This document shows positions 29,409-37,675 of a DNA stretch of 62,993 bases, piece after piece (position 1 is the stretch's first letter; every line of letters starts with the position of its first letter). The position numbers and the translations under genes were made by a program. Under the pieces are notes generated by a model, which was given only the letters and a program-made list of their open reading frames with translations, searched no databases and was not told where the DNA came from. This DNA is from Tagaea sp. Lineage in GTDB: Bacteria > Pseudomonadota > Alphaproteobacteria > CACIAM-22H2. The DNA is taken from positions 1-62,993 of the forward strand of contig JBIKWI010000003.1 of NCBI GenBank assembly GCA_044356395.1, in the 5' to 3' direction.

Positions 29409-31223
29409 TCAGTAGACGCGCGCCTTGGGCGGGAAGGACTGGACCTCGTTGGTCAGCGAGGTCAGCACAACGGGGCGGTAGGCGAAGTCGACCTTCCCCT
29501 TGGCGTCGAGCCACGCGATCGTGTGCTTCATCCAGTCCTTGTCGTCGCGGTTCGGGTAGTCTTCGCGGGCGTGCGCGCCGCGGCTTTCCTTGCGGTTGAG
29601 CGCCGACTCCAGCGTGACGACCGCCTGCGCGATCAAATTGTCATACTCAAGGGACTCGACGAGGTCGGAGTTCCACACCAGCGAGCGGTCGGTGACGCCG
29701 ATGTCGCCGTTCTTGGCGAATGTCGCCGCGATCAGCTTCGAGCCTTCGGCCAGCACGTCGCCGGTGCGGTAGACCGCACAGTTGTTCTGCATGATGCGCT
29801 GCATCTCGGCGCGCAAGGCGGCCGTGGGGGCCGGACCCTTGGCGTGGCGCATGCGATCGAAGCGCGCGATGGCCGCATCGCCGGCCTTCGCGGGCAGCGG
29901 CTTGTGCGGCTTGCCGGGCTGTACGAGTTCGGCCGCGCGGATGGCGGCCGCGCGCCCGAAGACGACGAGATCGAGCAGCGAGTTGGAGCCGAGCCGGTTG
30001 GCCCCGTGGACCGACACGCACGCCGCCTCGCCGATCGCCATCAGGCCGGGCACGACGGTCGCCGTGCCGTTCTTCATCGTGACGACTTCGCAGCGGTGGT
30101 TGGTCGGGATGCCGCCCATGTTGTAGTGCACGGTCGGCAGGACGGGGATCGGCTCCTTCGTCACGTCGACATTGGCGAAGATCTTCGCGGTTTCCGAAAT
30201 GCCGGGCAGGCGCTCGTGCAGCAGCTTGGCGTCGAGATGCTCGAGATGGAGATGGATGTGGTCCTTCTCCTTGCCCACGCCGCGGCCCTCGCGTATCTCC
30301 ATCGTCATCGCGCGGCTGACGACGTCGCGCGAGGCGAGATCCTTGGCCGACGGCGCGTAGCGCTCCATGAAGCGCTCGCCGTTGGAGTTGGTGAGGTAGC
30401 CGCCCTCGCCGCGCGAGCCTTCGGTGATCAGGCAGCCCGCCCCGTAGATGCCGGTCGGATGGAACTGGATGAACTCCATGTCCTGCAGCGGCAGGCCGGC
30501 GCGCAGCGCCATCGCGTTGCCGTCACCCGTGCAGGTGTGGGCCGACGTCGCCGAGAAATACGCGCGCCCGTAGCCGCCGGTGGCGAGGGCGACGAGATGC
30601 GCGTGGAAGCGGTGCAGCGTGCCGTCCAGCAGGTTCCACGCCATCACGCCGCGGCACTGGCCTTCCTCGTCCATGATGAGGTCGAGGGCGAAATACTCGA
30701 TGAAGAACTCGGCGTTGTTGCGCAGGCTCTGCTGGTAGAGCGTGTGCAGGATCGCATGCCCGGTGCGGTCGGCGGCGGCGCACGTACGCTGGGCGACACC
30801 CTTGCCGTAGTCGGTCGTCATGCCGCCGAACGGGCGCTGGTAGATCTTGCCCTCGGTCGTGCGGCTGAACGGCACGCCATAATGCTCGAGCTCGATGATC
30901 GCCGGGATGGCTTCCTTGCACATGTACTCGATCGAGTCCTGATCGCCGAGCCAGTCGGACCCCTTGACCGTGTCGTACATGTGCCAGCGCCAGTCGTCGG
31001 CCCCCATGTTGCCGAGAGCCGCCGAAATGCCGCCCTGTGCGGCAACCGTGTGGCTGCGCGTCGGGAACACTTTCGAGATGCACGCGGTCTTGAGGCCCTT
31101 GGCCGCCATGCCGAACGTGGCACGCAGGCCCGCACCGCCGGCCCCCACGACGACGACGTCGTACTGGTGGTCGACGACCTTGTAGGCCTGTCCGCCCAGC
31201 GACGGGGACGAAGCATCGGGCAT
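29409..31223 (-). CDS. sdhA: Succinate dehydrogenase flavoprotein subunit
   Basis: 604 aa with the FAD motif [12 protein letters not shown], the covalent-FAD His in [11 protein letters not shown], and a C-terminus ending KARVY. Confidence 0.97.
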   Translation of the reverse strand: MPDASSPSLGGQAYKVVDHQYDVVVVGAGGAGLRATFGMAAKGLKTACISKVFPTRSHTVAAQGGISAALGNMGADDWRWHMYDTVKGSDWLGDQDSIEYMCKEAIPAIIELEHYGVPFSRTTEGKIYQRPFGGMTTDYGKGVAQRTCAAADRTGHAILHTLYQQSLRNNAEFFIEYFALDLIMDEEGQCRGVMAWNLLDGTLHRFHAHLVALATGGYGRAYFSATSAHTCTGDGNAMALRAGLPLQDMEFIQFHPTGIYGAGCLITEGSRGEGGYLTNSNGERFMERYAPSAKDLASRDVVSRAMTMEIREGRGVGKEKDHIHLHLEHLDAKLLHERLPGISETAKIFANVDVTKEPIPVLPTVHYNMGGIPTNHRCEVVTMKNGTATVVPGLMAIGEAACVSVHGANRLGSNSLLDLVVFGRAAAIRAAELVQPGKPHKPLPAKAGDAAIARFDRMRHAKGPAPTAALRAEMQRIMQNNCAVYRTGDVLAEGSKLIAATFAKNGDIGVTDRSLVWNSDLVESLEYDNLIAQAVVTLESALNRKESRGAHAREDYPNRDDKDWMKHTIAWLDAKGKVDFAYRPVVLTSLTNEVQSFPPKARVY

Positions 31224-31226
31224 GGA

Positions 31227-31619
31227 TCAGCCTCCGAAAGCGAGCTTGAGGATCGAGAAGGCGGCGATGGCGCCGAACAGGAGTGCCGCCCCGTTGACCG
31301 CGAGCAGCAGGGCCACCTTCACGCCTTCATGATGGACATAGTCCTCGATGACGACCTGCACACCCAGCCGCGCGTGCTGGAATGTCGCACCCACGAGGAT
31401 CAGCAGCAGCACGGCGACGACCGGCGAGGCGACCCATGCCTGCAGCTCGATCAGCGGTGCGCCGGCGAGGCCGATCACGCTGGCGACGAACCAGACCGTC
31501 AGCGGCACGAGGGCGATCGCGGTGACGCGCTGCGCCCACCAGTGATGCGTGCCGTCCTTGGCGGAGCCCAGACCGCGCGCGCGGCCGAGCGGCGAGCGGA
31601 GCGATTTTCCGGTTTCCAT
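31227..31619 (-). CDS. sdhD: Succinate dehydrogenase membrane anchor subunit SdhD
   Basis: 130 aa with 3 TM segments, GTHHWWAQRVTAIAL and the heme-ligand region. It lies between sdhC and sdhA. Confidence 0.88.
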   Translation of the reverse strand: METGKSLRSPLGRARGLGSAKDGTHHWWAQRVTAIALVPLTVWFVASVIGLAGAPLIELQAWVASPVVAVLLLILVGATFQHARLGVQVVIEDYVHHEGVKVALLLAVNGAALLFGAIAAFSILKLAFGG

Positions 31620-31622
31620 TTC

Positions 31623-32042
31623 CTAGCGCCCTCCCAGCACGGCAAGGCCCAGCGCCCAGGCGAGGATCGTCGCGGCGGCCGTGAACGCGATCACGGCCCA
31701 GCCGGATTTTTCCATCGTCGGCAGATCGAAGCCGTAGCCTGCGTCCCAGAACAGGTGCCGGATGCCGTTGGCGAGGTGATAGAATAGCGCCACCGACCAG
31801 CCGAACAGCAGCACCATGCCGATGCCCGAGCCGAGAAACGCGTTGACGCGCGCGAACGGCGTTTCGCCCGTCGCGGCAGCAACCAGCCAGATCGCCAGCA
31901 TCAGTGTGCCGACCGCCAGCGCCACGCCCGTGGCGCGATGGGTGATCGACAGGATCGACGTCATCTGCGGGCGGTAGACCTGCAGGTGCGGCGAAAGCGG
32001 TCGCGGATGCGATTTGACGGTGGTCTTCGATTCTGCGGCCAT
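31623..32042 (-). CDS. sdhC: Succinate dehydrogenase cytochrome b556 subunit SdhC
   Basis: Starts MAAESK..RPLSPHLQVYRPQMTSILSITHRATG. Trimmed from ORF 31623..32141. Confidence 0.9.
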   Translation of the reverse strand: MAAESKTTVKSHPRPLSPHLQVYRPQMTSILSITHRATGVALAVGTLMLAIWLVAAATGETPFARVNAFLGSGIGMVLLFGWSVALFYHLANGIRHLFWDAGYGFDLPTMEKSGWAVIAFTAAATILAWALGLAVLGGR

Positions 32043-32112
32043 GGCCCCTCGGTGTTCCTGATTGCGTGGCCGGTATTTGGCGGCCTTCGCAATTCTTCCC
32101 GGCAGGCTTAAG

Positions 32113-32141
32113 GATTTAGACCGTGCATCCGGGCGCGTCAA
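32113..32141 (-). promoter_or_regulatory. Candidate sdhCDAB promoter
   Basis: On the minus strand: TTGACG (32141-32136), a 17-nt spacer, TAAATC (32118-32113). This is ~70 nt upstream of the sdhC ATG. Confidence 0.4.
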
Positions 32142-32336
32142 TTGATGGGTTTGCCGCGCGCGACGAGAAGCTTACCGCATCTGCGAACGTTTCGCTGTGG
32201 ATTGACCTGTGGAAGAAGTGTGCGTGGATTGTGACTAACGCGGATTTCCATCAACAAGATTCTGGGGTCGTGCGGCGGATTCGGATTGGCTGCCATGCGC
32301 GAGTTTGAGACCATCATCTCCGGTAAGCGAAAGCGG

Positions 32337-33108
32337 GGAGCGACAAGACGGCAGCGATCCTTCTCCAGCGTGTCCGGTAGCTAGGACGCGATCCACTGGC
32401 AGGAGCCGCCCCCGAAAGGGTGGCGGCGCGGGAAGGACGGGGTCGGGGCGTCGCTCCGGAGCGGTCGCCGGAAGCACGGCGCAAGCCGGGCAAAAGGCGG
32501 CAACTCCTTTCCCTTCGTGACGGTCGGTCGGCTCCCCTGGGGGCTTGCCCACGTCAGCGCGGAGGGACGGCGTCGACGGATCCGCGCGGTGCGGGGATCC
32601 AGGCCGACGGTCGGGGTCGCGAGGGTCCCGCAAGGGACCGGCGGGTACGGCGGTGACGGCGGGGCGGACCCAAGGGGTCCAGGAACCCGCGACCGGCGGA
32701 CCGGCTGCGAGGCACGCGAAGGCAGGTGCGAAAGCGCCGCCCGGCGAGGCTCGCGCGAGGCCCGGGTCAGGTCTGGGGCCGTGTTGCAGGCAAGGGTCGG
32801 ACGTCTCGGGTTCGGGTTCCGGCGGGCCGCGCGTGGCCATCGGGACCCTCGTCGGGGGGACGCGGACGGGACGGGCGGACCAGGGCCTGACCGGACGTGC
32901 GAAGCAGGCCTCCCGAAGGAAGACCCGGGTTTTCGGCTGCCATGGGGCGGCCGGCGTCTCGCGCAGGCGGGGTGTCGGTGGTGTCGGATGCGGGCGTGCA
33001 CGCCTGCTTCGACGGTCCTCGCGAGGCGTCAGGGAGCCCTTTGTCCCGCCCGGACATCGGCCGATCGCAAGATCGCCCCTGACGCCTCTTCATTTTTGGG
33101 GATTTTTT
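32337..33108 (+). ncRNA. Candidate large structured non-coding RNA (unclassified; boundaries approximate)
   Basis: No credible ORF. There is plus-strand G>C skew, nested long-range helices, at least five GNRA-capped hairpins in plus sense, and a terminal 11-bp helix followed by T5/T6 runs. Details are in the findings. Confidence 0.3.
33024..33108 (+). terminator. Terminator-like three-way structure followed by T-runs
   Basis: AGGCGTCAGGG (33024-33034) pairs perfectly with CCCTGACGCCT (33077-33087). It encloses hairpins TGTCC-CGCCC-GGACA and CGATC-GCAA-GATCG and is followed by CTTCATTTTTGGGGATTTTTTGGGG. Confidence 0.35.
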
Positions 33109-33537
33109 GGGGATCGGAGGGCGAGGTGGTGCCGACGGCCCCCTCGCGAAGACCGCCGGCACCCCATCGGCACGTCGGAGCCTGATGTCCCGCCCGGACA
33201 ACTCGGCGCGAAGGCTAGAAGACTTCGCTTTCCTGACGGAATTTGCGTAACACGCCCCCTCCCCCCCGCCAATCGGATTTTGGGAAATTTGCCATTCTCA
33301 ATTATATCAATAGCTTGACGAAAATACCCCGCGGCTGCGGCCTCGCGTCGGGGGTCGAGTCGCTTTTCCGGCCTCATCGCGTCGGCCATTGAATTAATTC
33401 GATAATCCGCTCTCGGCCGGCCGGTGACGGGGCCGGTGCCGACAAAATCCGGGGCGGCCGGCAAAACCTGTCAAGTGTCGGGACCGGCAGAGGTTTCGCT
33501 TCGCCGCCGCCCGGATCGCGGCTACACCTCGCCCCCC

Positions 33538-34800
33538 ATGGAAGAAACGGTCGAACTGGAAATCCGCAAGCTGGGTGCAAGCGGCGACGGCATCGCCGAC
33601 GGCCCGCTTTTCGTGCCCGGCGCCCTGCCCGGCGAGCGCGTACGCGCCCAGCGCTTCGGCAAGGACCGCGCGCGCGCGGTGGAGATCCTGACGAAGTCGC
33701 CCGACCGCGTCGACCCGCCCTGCCCGCATTTCCATTCGTGCGGCGGCTGTGCGGTCCAGCATCTGGCCGAAGCACCCTACGTCGCGTGGAAGCAGGGGCT
33801 GCTCGTCGCGGCACTTTCCGCGCGCGGCCTCGACATCAAGCCTGCCCCCATGCTGCGCATCGCGGGCGGTACGCGCCGGCGCGCGGAGCTTTCCGCCCTG
33901 CGCACGCAAGGCGGCGTCACGCTCGGCTTCCACACCGAAGGAAGCGGCGAGCTTGTCGACATCCAGTCGTGCCTGGTGCTGCTGCCGAAAATCGTGTCGC
34001 TGCTGCCGGCACTGCGCGCTTTCCTGATCGATTTCCTGCGGACCGCCGAGACGTTCGACATCCACGTGACGGCCGCCGACAACGGCATCGACCTTCTGCT
34101 CACCGGACGCAGCCCCGATGCGCGCAAGCGCGCCTCGCTCGCCGACTTCGCCGCTGCCAACGGCATCGTGCGCATCGCCTGGCGGCGCGAAGCAGGCGAA
34201 GAGCCGGAGATCGTCGTGCTGCACGAAAGCCCGCGCGTTTCCTTCGGCACGGTCGAGGTGGTCCCGCCGCCCGGCGCCTTCCTGCAGGCCGCACGCCCCG
34301 CCGAACTCGCCATCGCGTCGGAGATCGCAGCATCCGTCGGCCGCGCCAAACGCATCGTCGATCTCTATGCCGGGCTGGGCACGTTCTCGTTCCCGCTCAC
34401 CGGCCGCGTGCACGCGGTCGAGGGCGATGCGGCGGCGAGTGCGGCCATGCAGGCGGGGGCGCGCGCCGGCTTCCGTGCGGGCCGCGTGACGTGCGAGGCG
34501 CGCGATCTCGAGCGCCGGCCGCTGCTGGCCGAAGAACTCGACGAATACGACGCGGCGATCTTCGATCCGCCGCGCGAAGGGGCACGCGAGCAGGCGACGT
34601 ATCTCGCCGCTTCGTCCGTACCCGTCGTCGTCGCGGTGTCGTGCAATCCGGCGAGCTTCGCGCGCGACGCGCGCGTGCTGGTGGACGGCGGCTACACGCT
34701 GGCGCGCGTCGTGCCCGTCGACCAGTTCCTGTGGACGGGCCACCTCGAACTGGTCGCGACCTTCACGAAGCCCAAGAAGGCCCGCGTCCCGCGGCGTTAG
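33538..34800 (+). CDS. Class I SAM-dependent RNA (uracil-5-)methyltransferase, RlmD/RumA-TrmA family
   Basis: TRAM-like N-terminus (GDGIADGPLFVPGALPGERV), Fe-S Cys cluster CPHFHSCGGCAVQHL, a SAM motif DLYAGLGTFS and catalytic VSCNPASFARD. Trimmed from ORF 33424..34800. Confidence 0.85.
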   Translation: MEETVELEIRKLGASGDGIADGPLFVPGALPGERVRAQRFGKDRARAVEILTKSPDRVDPPCPHFHSCGGCAVQHLAEAPYVAWKQGLLVAALSARGLDIKPAPMLRIAGGTRRRAELSALRTQGGVTLGFHTEGSGELVDIQSCLVLLPKIVSLLPALRAFLIDFLRTAETFDIHVTAADNGIDLLLTGRSPDARKRASLADFAAANGIVRIAWRREAGEEPEIVVLHESPRVSFGTVEVVPPPGAFLQAARPAELAIASEIAASVGRAKRIVDLYAGLGTFSFPLTGRVHAVEGDAAASAAMQAGARAGFRAGRVTCEARDLERRPLLAEELDEYDAAIFDPPREGAREQATYLAASSVPVVVAVSCNPASFARDARVLVDGGYTLARVVPVDQFLWTGHLELVATFTKPKKARVPRR

Positions 34801-34849
34801 ACCCTCACCCCACCCTCCCCCGCAAGCGGGAGAGGGTTAGGGTGAGGGG
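34801..34849. repeat. Nested palindromic intergenic element, family A, copy 2 (short form, one inner hairpin)
   Basis: ACCCTCACCCC..CCCTCCCCC-GCAAGC-GGGAGAGGG..TTAGGGTGAGGGG. It fills the tail-to-tail gap between stops at 34800 and 34852. Confidence 0.85.
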
Positions 34850-34851
34850 TG

Positions 34852-35634
34852 CTAGCCGTTGCCCATCGCCTTCTTCGCATCGGCCACCTCGGCCAAGGCC
34901 GAGCGGCGCATCAGCGTGTATTCGGTCGATGCGATGATGAACGAATAGCCGCGCTGGAACAGGGCCGCCGTGCTGAACTTGCCGTAGGGCACGGTGCAGC
35001 ATGGCTTGCCCGCCTTCGTCGCGGCGGCAAGGATGCGGTCCATCGCGGCCAGATGATCGGGATGGTCGAACTGGCCCACGATGCCCATCGAGCCCGAGAG
35101 GTCGTTGGGCCCGATGACGAGCAGGTCGATGCCGTCGACGCGGGCGATCGCCTCGGCATTGGCCATCGCCTCGACCGATTCGATCTGCACCATGATGAAG
35201 AGATTTTCGGCCATGTGGGCGCGGTAGTCGTCGATCGACACGCCGTTGGCCATCGCGCGCCACGGCCCGATGCCGCGCGAACCCTTGGGCGGATAGCGGC
35301 AGGCATCGACGACGGCACGCGCCTGGTCGGCCGTATGGATCATCGGCACCATGACGCTGTCCGCACCCATGTCGAGAAGCTGCTTGAAATAGACCGGATC
35401 GCCGATGGGTACACGCACGCCGATGCCCAGATCGTAGGGCACGCTCGCCTGCAGCATGGCGTGCGTGGCCTGCAGGCTGGCGGGGCCGTGCTCGTTGTCG
35501 ATGATGAGCGCGTCGTAGCCCACGCCGGACAGCACCTCGACCGCCATCGGGCTTGCGGTATGCAGCCAGGCACCGAAGGCCTTGCGGCCGCCGGCAAGCC
35601 GGCGCTTGAGCTGGTTGGGTTTCAGGACTGGCAT
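34852..35634 (-). CDS. HpcH/HpaI family aldolase
   Basis: MPVLKPNQLKRRLAGG...G.WL....P...E.L...GYD.L.ID.EHGP....MVP....A..A...V.A.RYPP.G.RG. Trimmed from composite ORF 34852..36507. Confidence 0.85.
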   Translation of the reverse strand: MPVLKPNQLKRRLAGGRKAFGAWLHTASPMAVEVLSGVGYDALIIDNEHGPASLQATHAMLQASVPYDLGIGVRVPIGDPVYFKQLLDMGADSVMVPMIHTADQARAVVDACRYPPKGSRGIGPWRAMANGVSIDDYRAHMAENLFIMVQIESVEAMANAEAIARVDGIDLLVIGPNDLSGSMGIVGQFDHPDHLAAMDRILAAATKAGKPCCTVPYGKFSTAALFQRGYSFIIASTEYTLMRRSALAEVADAKKAMGNG

Positions 35635-35703
35635 TTTTGCGTTTCCCCCTGACGCATCATCGACGCTTGCGCCGGTCACGAGCAAGCCCCTAAAACAGCT
35701 TTT

Positions 35704-36474
35704 GTGGGCCTTTTGAGCATCCTTTTTCCGAAACCGCGCGGCGCCAAGCGCACCGACGCCCGTAGCAAGGATGGGCGCGACAGGACCGTCGCGGTCGAGG
35801 GCCTGCTCGCCCCCGGCGAAACCACCGACGTGCGCGTGCGCCGCAACCCGCGCGCGCGGCGTATCTCGGTGCGCGTCGATGCCGCCGACGGCGCCATCGC
35901 GTTGACCGTGCCGTGGCACACGCCGGTCGAGGAAGGCCTGCGCTTCGCGCGCCGGCAGGGCGACTGGCTGCGCGCGCGGCTGGCGGCCGTTCCCGCGCGC
36001 GTCGAGTTCGCCTGCGGAACCAGCTTCGATTTCCAGGGCACGAATCTCACCGTGCGCCACGTGCCGGGCCGGCTGACGCGCCGCGAGGGTGACACGCTGC
36101 TGGTGGGCGGCGCGCCCGAGTTCGTCGCGCGCCGCGTGCGCGACTGGCTGAAACGCGAGGCACGCACGATCCTGACGGCCAAGGCGCATGCGCTGTCGCA
36201 GGGCATCGGGCGCAAGCTGAAGGCCGTGCGCATCGCCGATCCACGCACGCGCTGGGGCAGTGCCGCTTCCGACGGCACGCTCGCGTTCTCCTGGCGGCTC
36301 GTGCTCGCCCCGCCCGAGGTGCTCGACTATGTGGTCGCGCACGAGGTGGCCCATCTGCGGCACATGAACCACGGGCCGCTGTTCTGGGCGCTGGTCGGCG
36401 AGCTTGCCGGCGACGTGTCGGCCCCGCGCGCGTGGCTTGCCGCGAACGGCGCGAAGCTGCTGCGCCATGGCTGA
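35704..36474 (+). CDS. M48-family metallopeptidase (YgjP/DUF45-like)
   Basis: 256 aa with C-terminal VVAHEVAHLRHMNHGPLFWALV (HExxH) and WGS....G.L.FSWRL, typical of YgjP. Confidence 0.8.
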   Translation: MGLLSILFPKPRGAKRTDARSKDGRDRTVAVEGLLAPGETTDVRVRRNPRARRISVRVDAADGAIALTVPWHTPVEEGLRFARRQGDWLRARLAAVPARVEFACGTSFDFQGTNLTVRHVPGRLTRREGDTLLVGGAPEFVARRVRDWLKREARTILTAKAHALSQGIGRKLKAVRIADPRTRWGSAASDGTLAFSWRLVLAPPEVLDYVVAHEVAHLRHMNHGPLFWALVGELAGDVSAPRAWLAANGAKLLRHG

Positions 36475-37675
36475 AACGCCGGCGGCGCGGGCCACGCCCG
36501 GCGCCATCCTCCTGCTGACCTCGATGGTGATGCTCGGGCAGATGTCGATCTCGCTCTACATCCCGTCGCTGCCGTCGCTGGCCGAAGCGCTCGCGGCGCG
36601 CCCCGAACACGTCAAGCTGACGATGACGCTCTACCTTGCGTGCTTCGCGCTCTCGCAGCTCGTCTGGGGGCCGCTATCGGACAGGTTCGGCCGCCGCCCG
36701 GTGCTGTTCGCCGGCATCGCCGTGTATCTCGCGGGCACGCTCGCCTGCGCGCTGGCGCCGAACATCTGGGCGCTGGTCGCCGCACGCGGGCTGCAGGGGA
36801 TCGGCGCGTGCGTCGGGGCGACCGTCTCGCGCGCCTACACGCGCGACCGCTTCGGACGCGGCGAGGCTGCGCGCACGCTTGCCTATATCGGCATCGCGAT
36901 GGCGCTGGGCCCCGCCCTCGCACCCGTGCTCGGCGGCCAGCTCCAGACCTGGTTCGGCTGGCGTTCGGCGTTCCTTGCCCTCGCGTTCTTCGGGATCCTC
37001 GTCGCCTGCGCGACGTATCTCCGGCTGGAGGAGAGCAACCGCAATCCCGATCCGCACGCGCTGGAGCCCAGGCGCCTGCTGGGCGCGTTCGCGACCCTGC
37101 TGACGAGCCGCATCTATCTGGGCTACGCGATGACGATGTCGGGCACCTTTGCCGGCCTGATGGCCTACACGACGGGCATCCCGTTCGTGTTCATCGACCT
37201 GTTCGGCGTCTCGCCCGCGATGTTCGGCTTCGTGCCGACCTTCACGGTGATCGGCTACCTGTCGGCATCGCTCGTGGCGAGCCGGCTGGCGCACCGGGCG
37301 GTCGGCTCGCGTCTCGTCGCCGTCGGTTCGGCGATCTGTGCGGCTTCCGGCATCGCGTTCGTCGCCATCGTGCTCGCCGGGCTGTCGAACCCCGTCACGG
37401 TCGTCGCCCCGATGGTCGTGTTCATGTTCGGCTTCGGCATCGCGATGCCCAACGCGATGGCCAACGCCATGCAGCCCTTCCCGCGCATCGCGGGTTCCGC
37501 CGCCGCCCTGCAGGGTTTCCTGCAGATGACCATCGCGGCAGCGGGCACGGTCGGCGTCGCCGCCCTTTCCGACGGCACGCCGCTGTCGACGGCGCTGGGC
37601 GTGTGCGGCGGCGGCCTGCTCGCCGCGACCGGCTATTTCCTGCTCGCCCGCCCGGCCGAGAAGAAGGCGGCATGA
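36467..37675 (+). CDS. Bcr/CflA-family MFS drug efflux transporter, copy 1
   Basis: 12-TM MFS with SISLYIPSLPSL and GPLSDRFGRRPVL motifs. The ATG overlaps the upstream stop. Confidence 0.88.
   Translation: MAETPAARATPGAILLLTSMVMLGQMSISLYIPSLPSLAEALAARPEHVKLTMTLYLACFALSQLVWGPLSDRFGRRPVLFAGIAVYLAGTLACALAPNIWALVAARGLQGIGACVGATVSRAYTRDRFGRGEAARTLAYIGIAMALGPALAPVLGGQLQTWFGWRSAFLALAFFGILVACATYLRLEESNRNPDPHALEPRRLLGAFATLLTSRIYLGYAMTMSGTFAGLMAYTTGIPFVFIDLFGVSPAMFGFVPTFTVIGYLSASLVASRLAHRAVGSRLVAVGSAICAASGIAFVAIVLAGLSNPVTVVAPMVVFMFGFGIAMPNAMANAMQPFPRIAGSAAALQGFLQMTIAAAGTVGVAALSDGTPLSTALGVCGGGLLAATGYFLLARPAEKKAA

Noticed and set aside
32196-32234. TGTGGATTG motifs considered as DnaA boxes / replication origin
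   Set aside because: Each has 2-3 mismatches to TTATCCACA. There is no AT-rich unwinding element and no dnaA/hemE/parAB context. They are kept only as possible regulator sites.
32390-32400. CCACTGG considered as a cobalamin-riboswitch B12 box
   Set aside because: The surrounding conserved cobalamin-riboswitch core elements are absent, and no B12-related gene is downstream.
32851-32880. G-run cluster GGGGGGACGCGGACGGGACGGGCGG considered as a G-quadruplex
   Set aside because: There are only three clean G3+ tracts with usable loops. This is marginal and better viewed as part of the overall G-rich structured block.
32288-32944. 10-nt direct repeat GGCTGCCATG at 32288-32297 and 32935-32944, considered as possible target-site duplication of an inserted element
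   Set aside because: A single 10-mer match within ~1.4 kb of compositionally biased DNA is about what chance predicts. No terminal inverted repeats or transposase accompany it.
33301-33309. TGATATAAT extended -10 on the minus strand (complement of 33301-33309), which would point transcription leftward into the structured block
   Set aside because: It has no -35, and it lies in a short AT-rich patch where such hexamers arise easily. All tetraloops in the block are GNRA only in plus sense. I keep it as a caveat on strand assignment, not as a feature.
32235-33464. ORFs of 60-257 aa on both strands inside the sdhC/methyltransferase gap
   Set aside because: All are Pro/Arg/Gly-rich and mutually overlapping, and none shows family resemblance. 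The region is better explained as non-coding (see the ncRNA finding).
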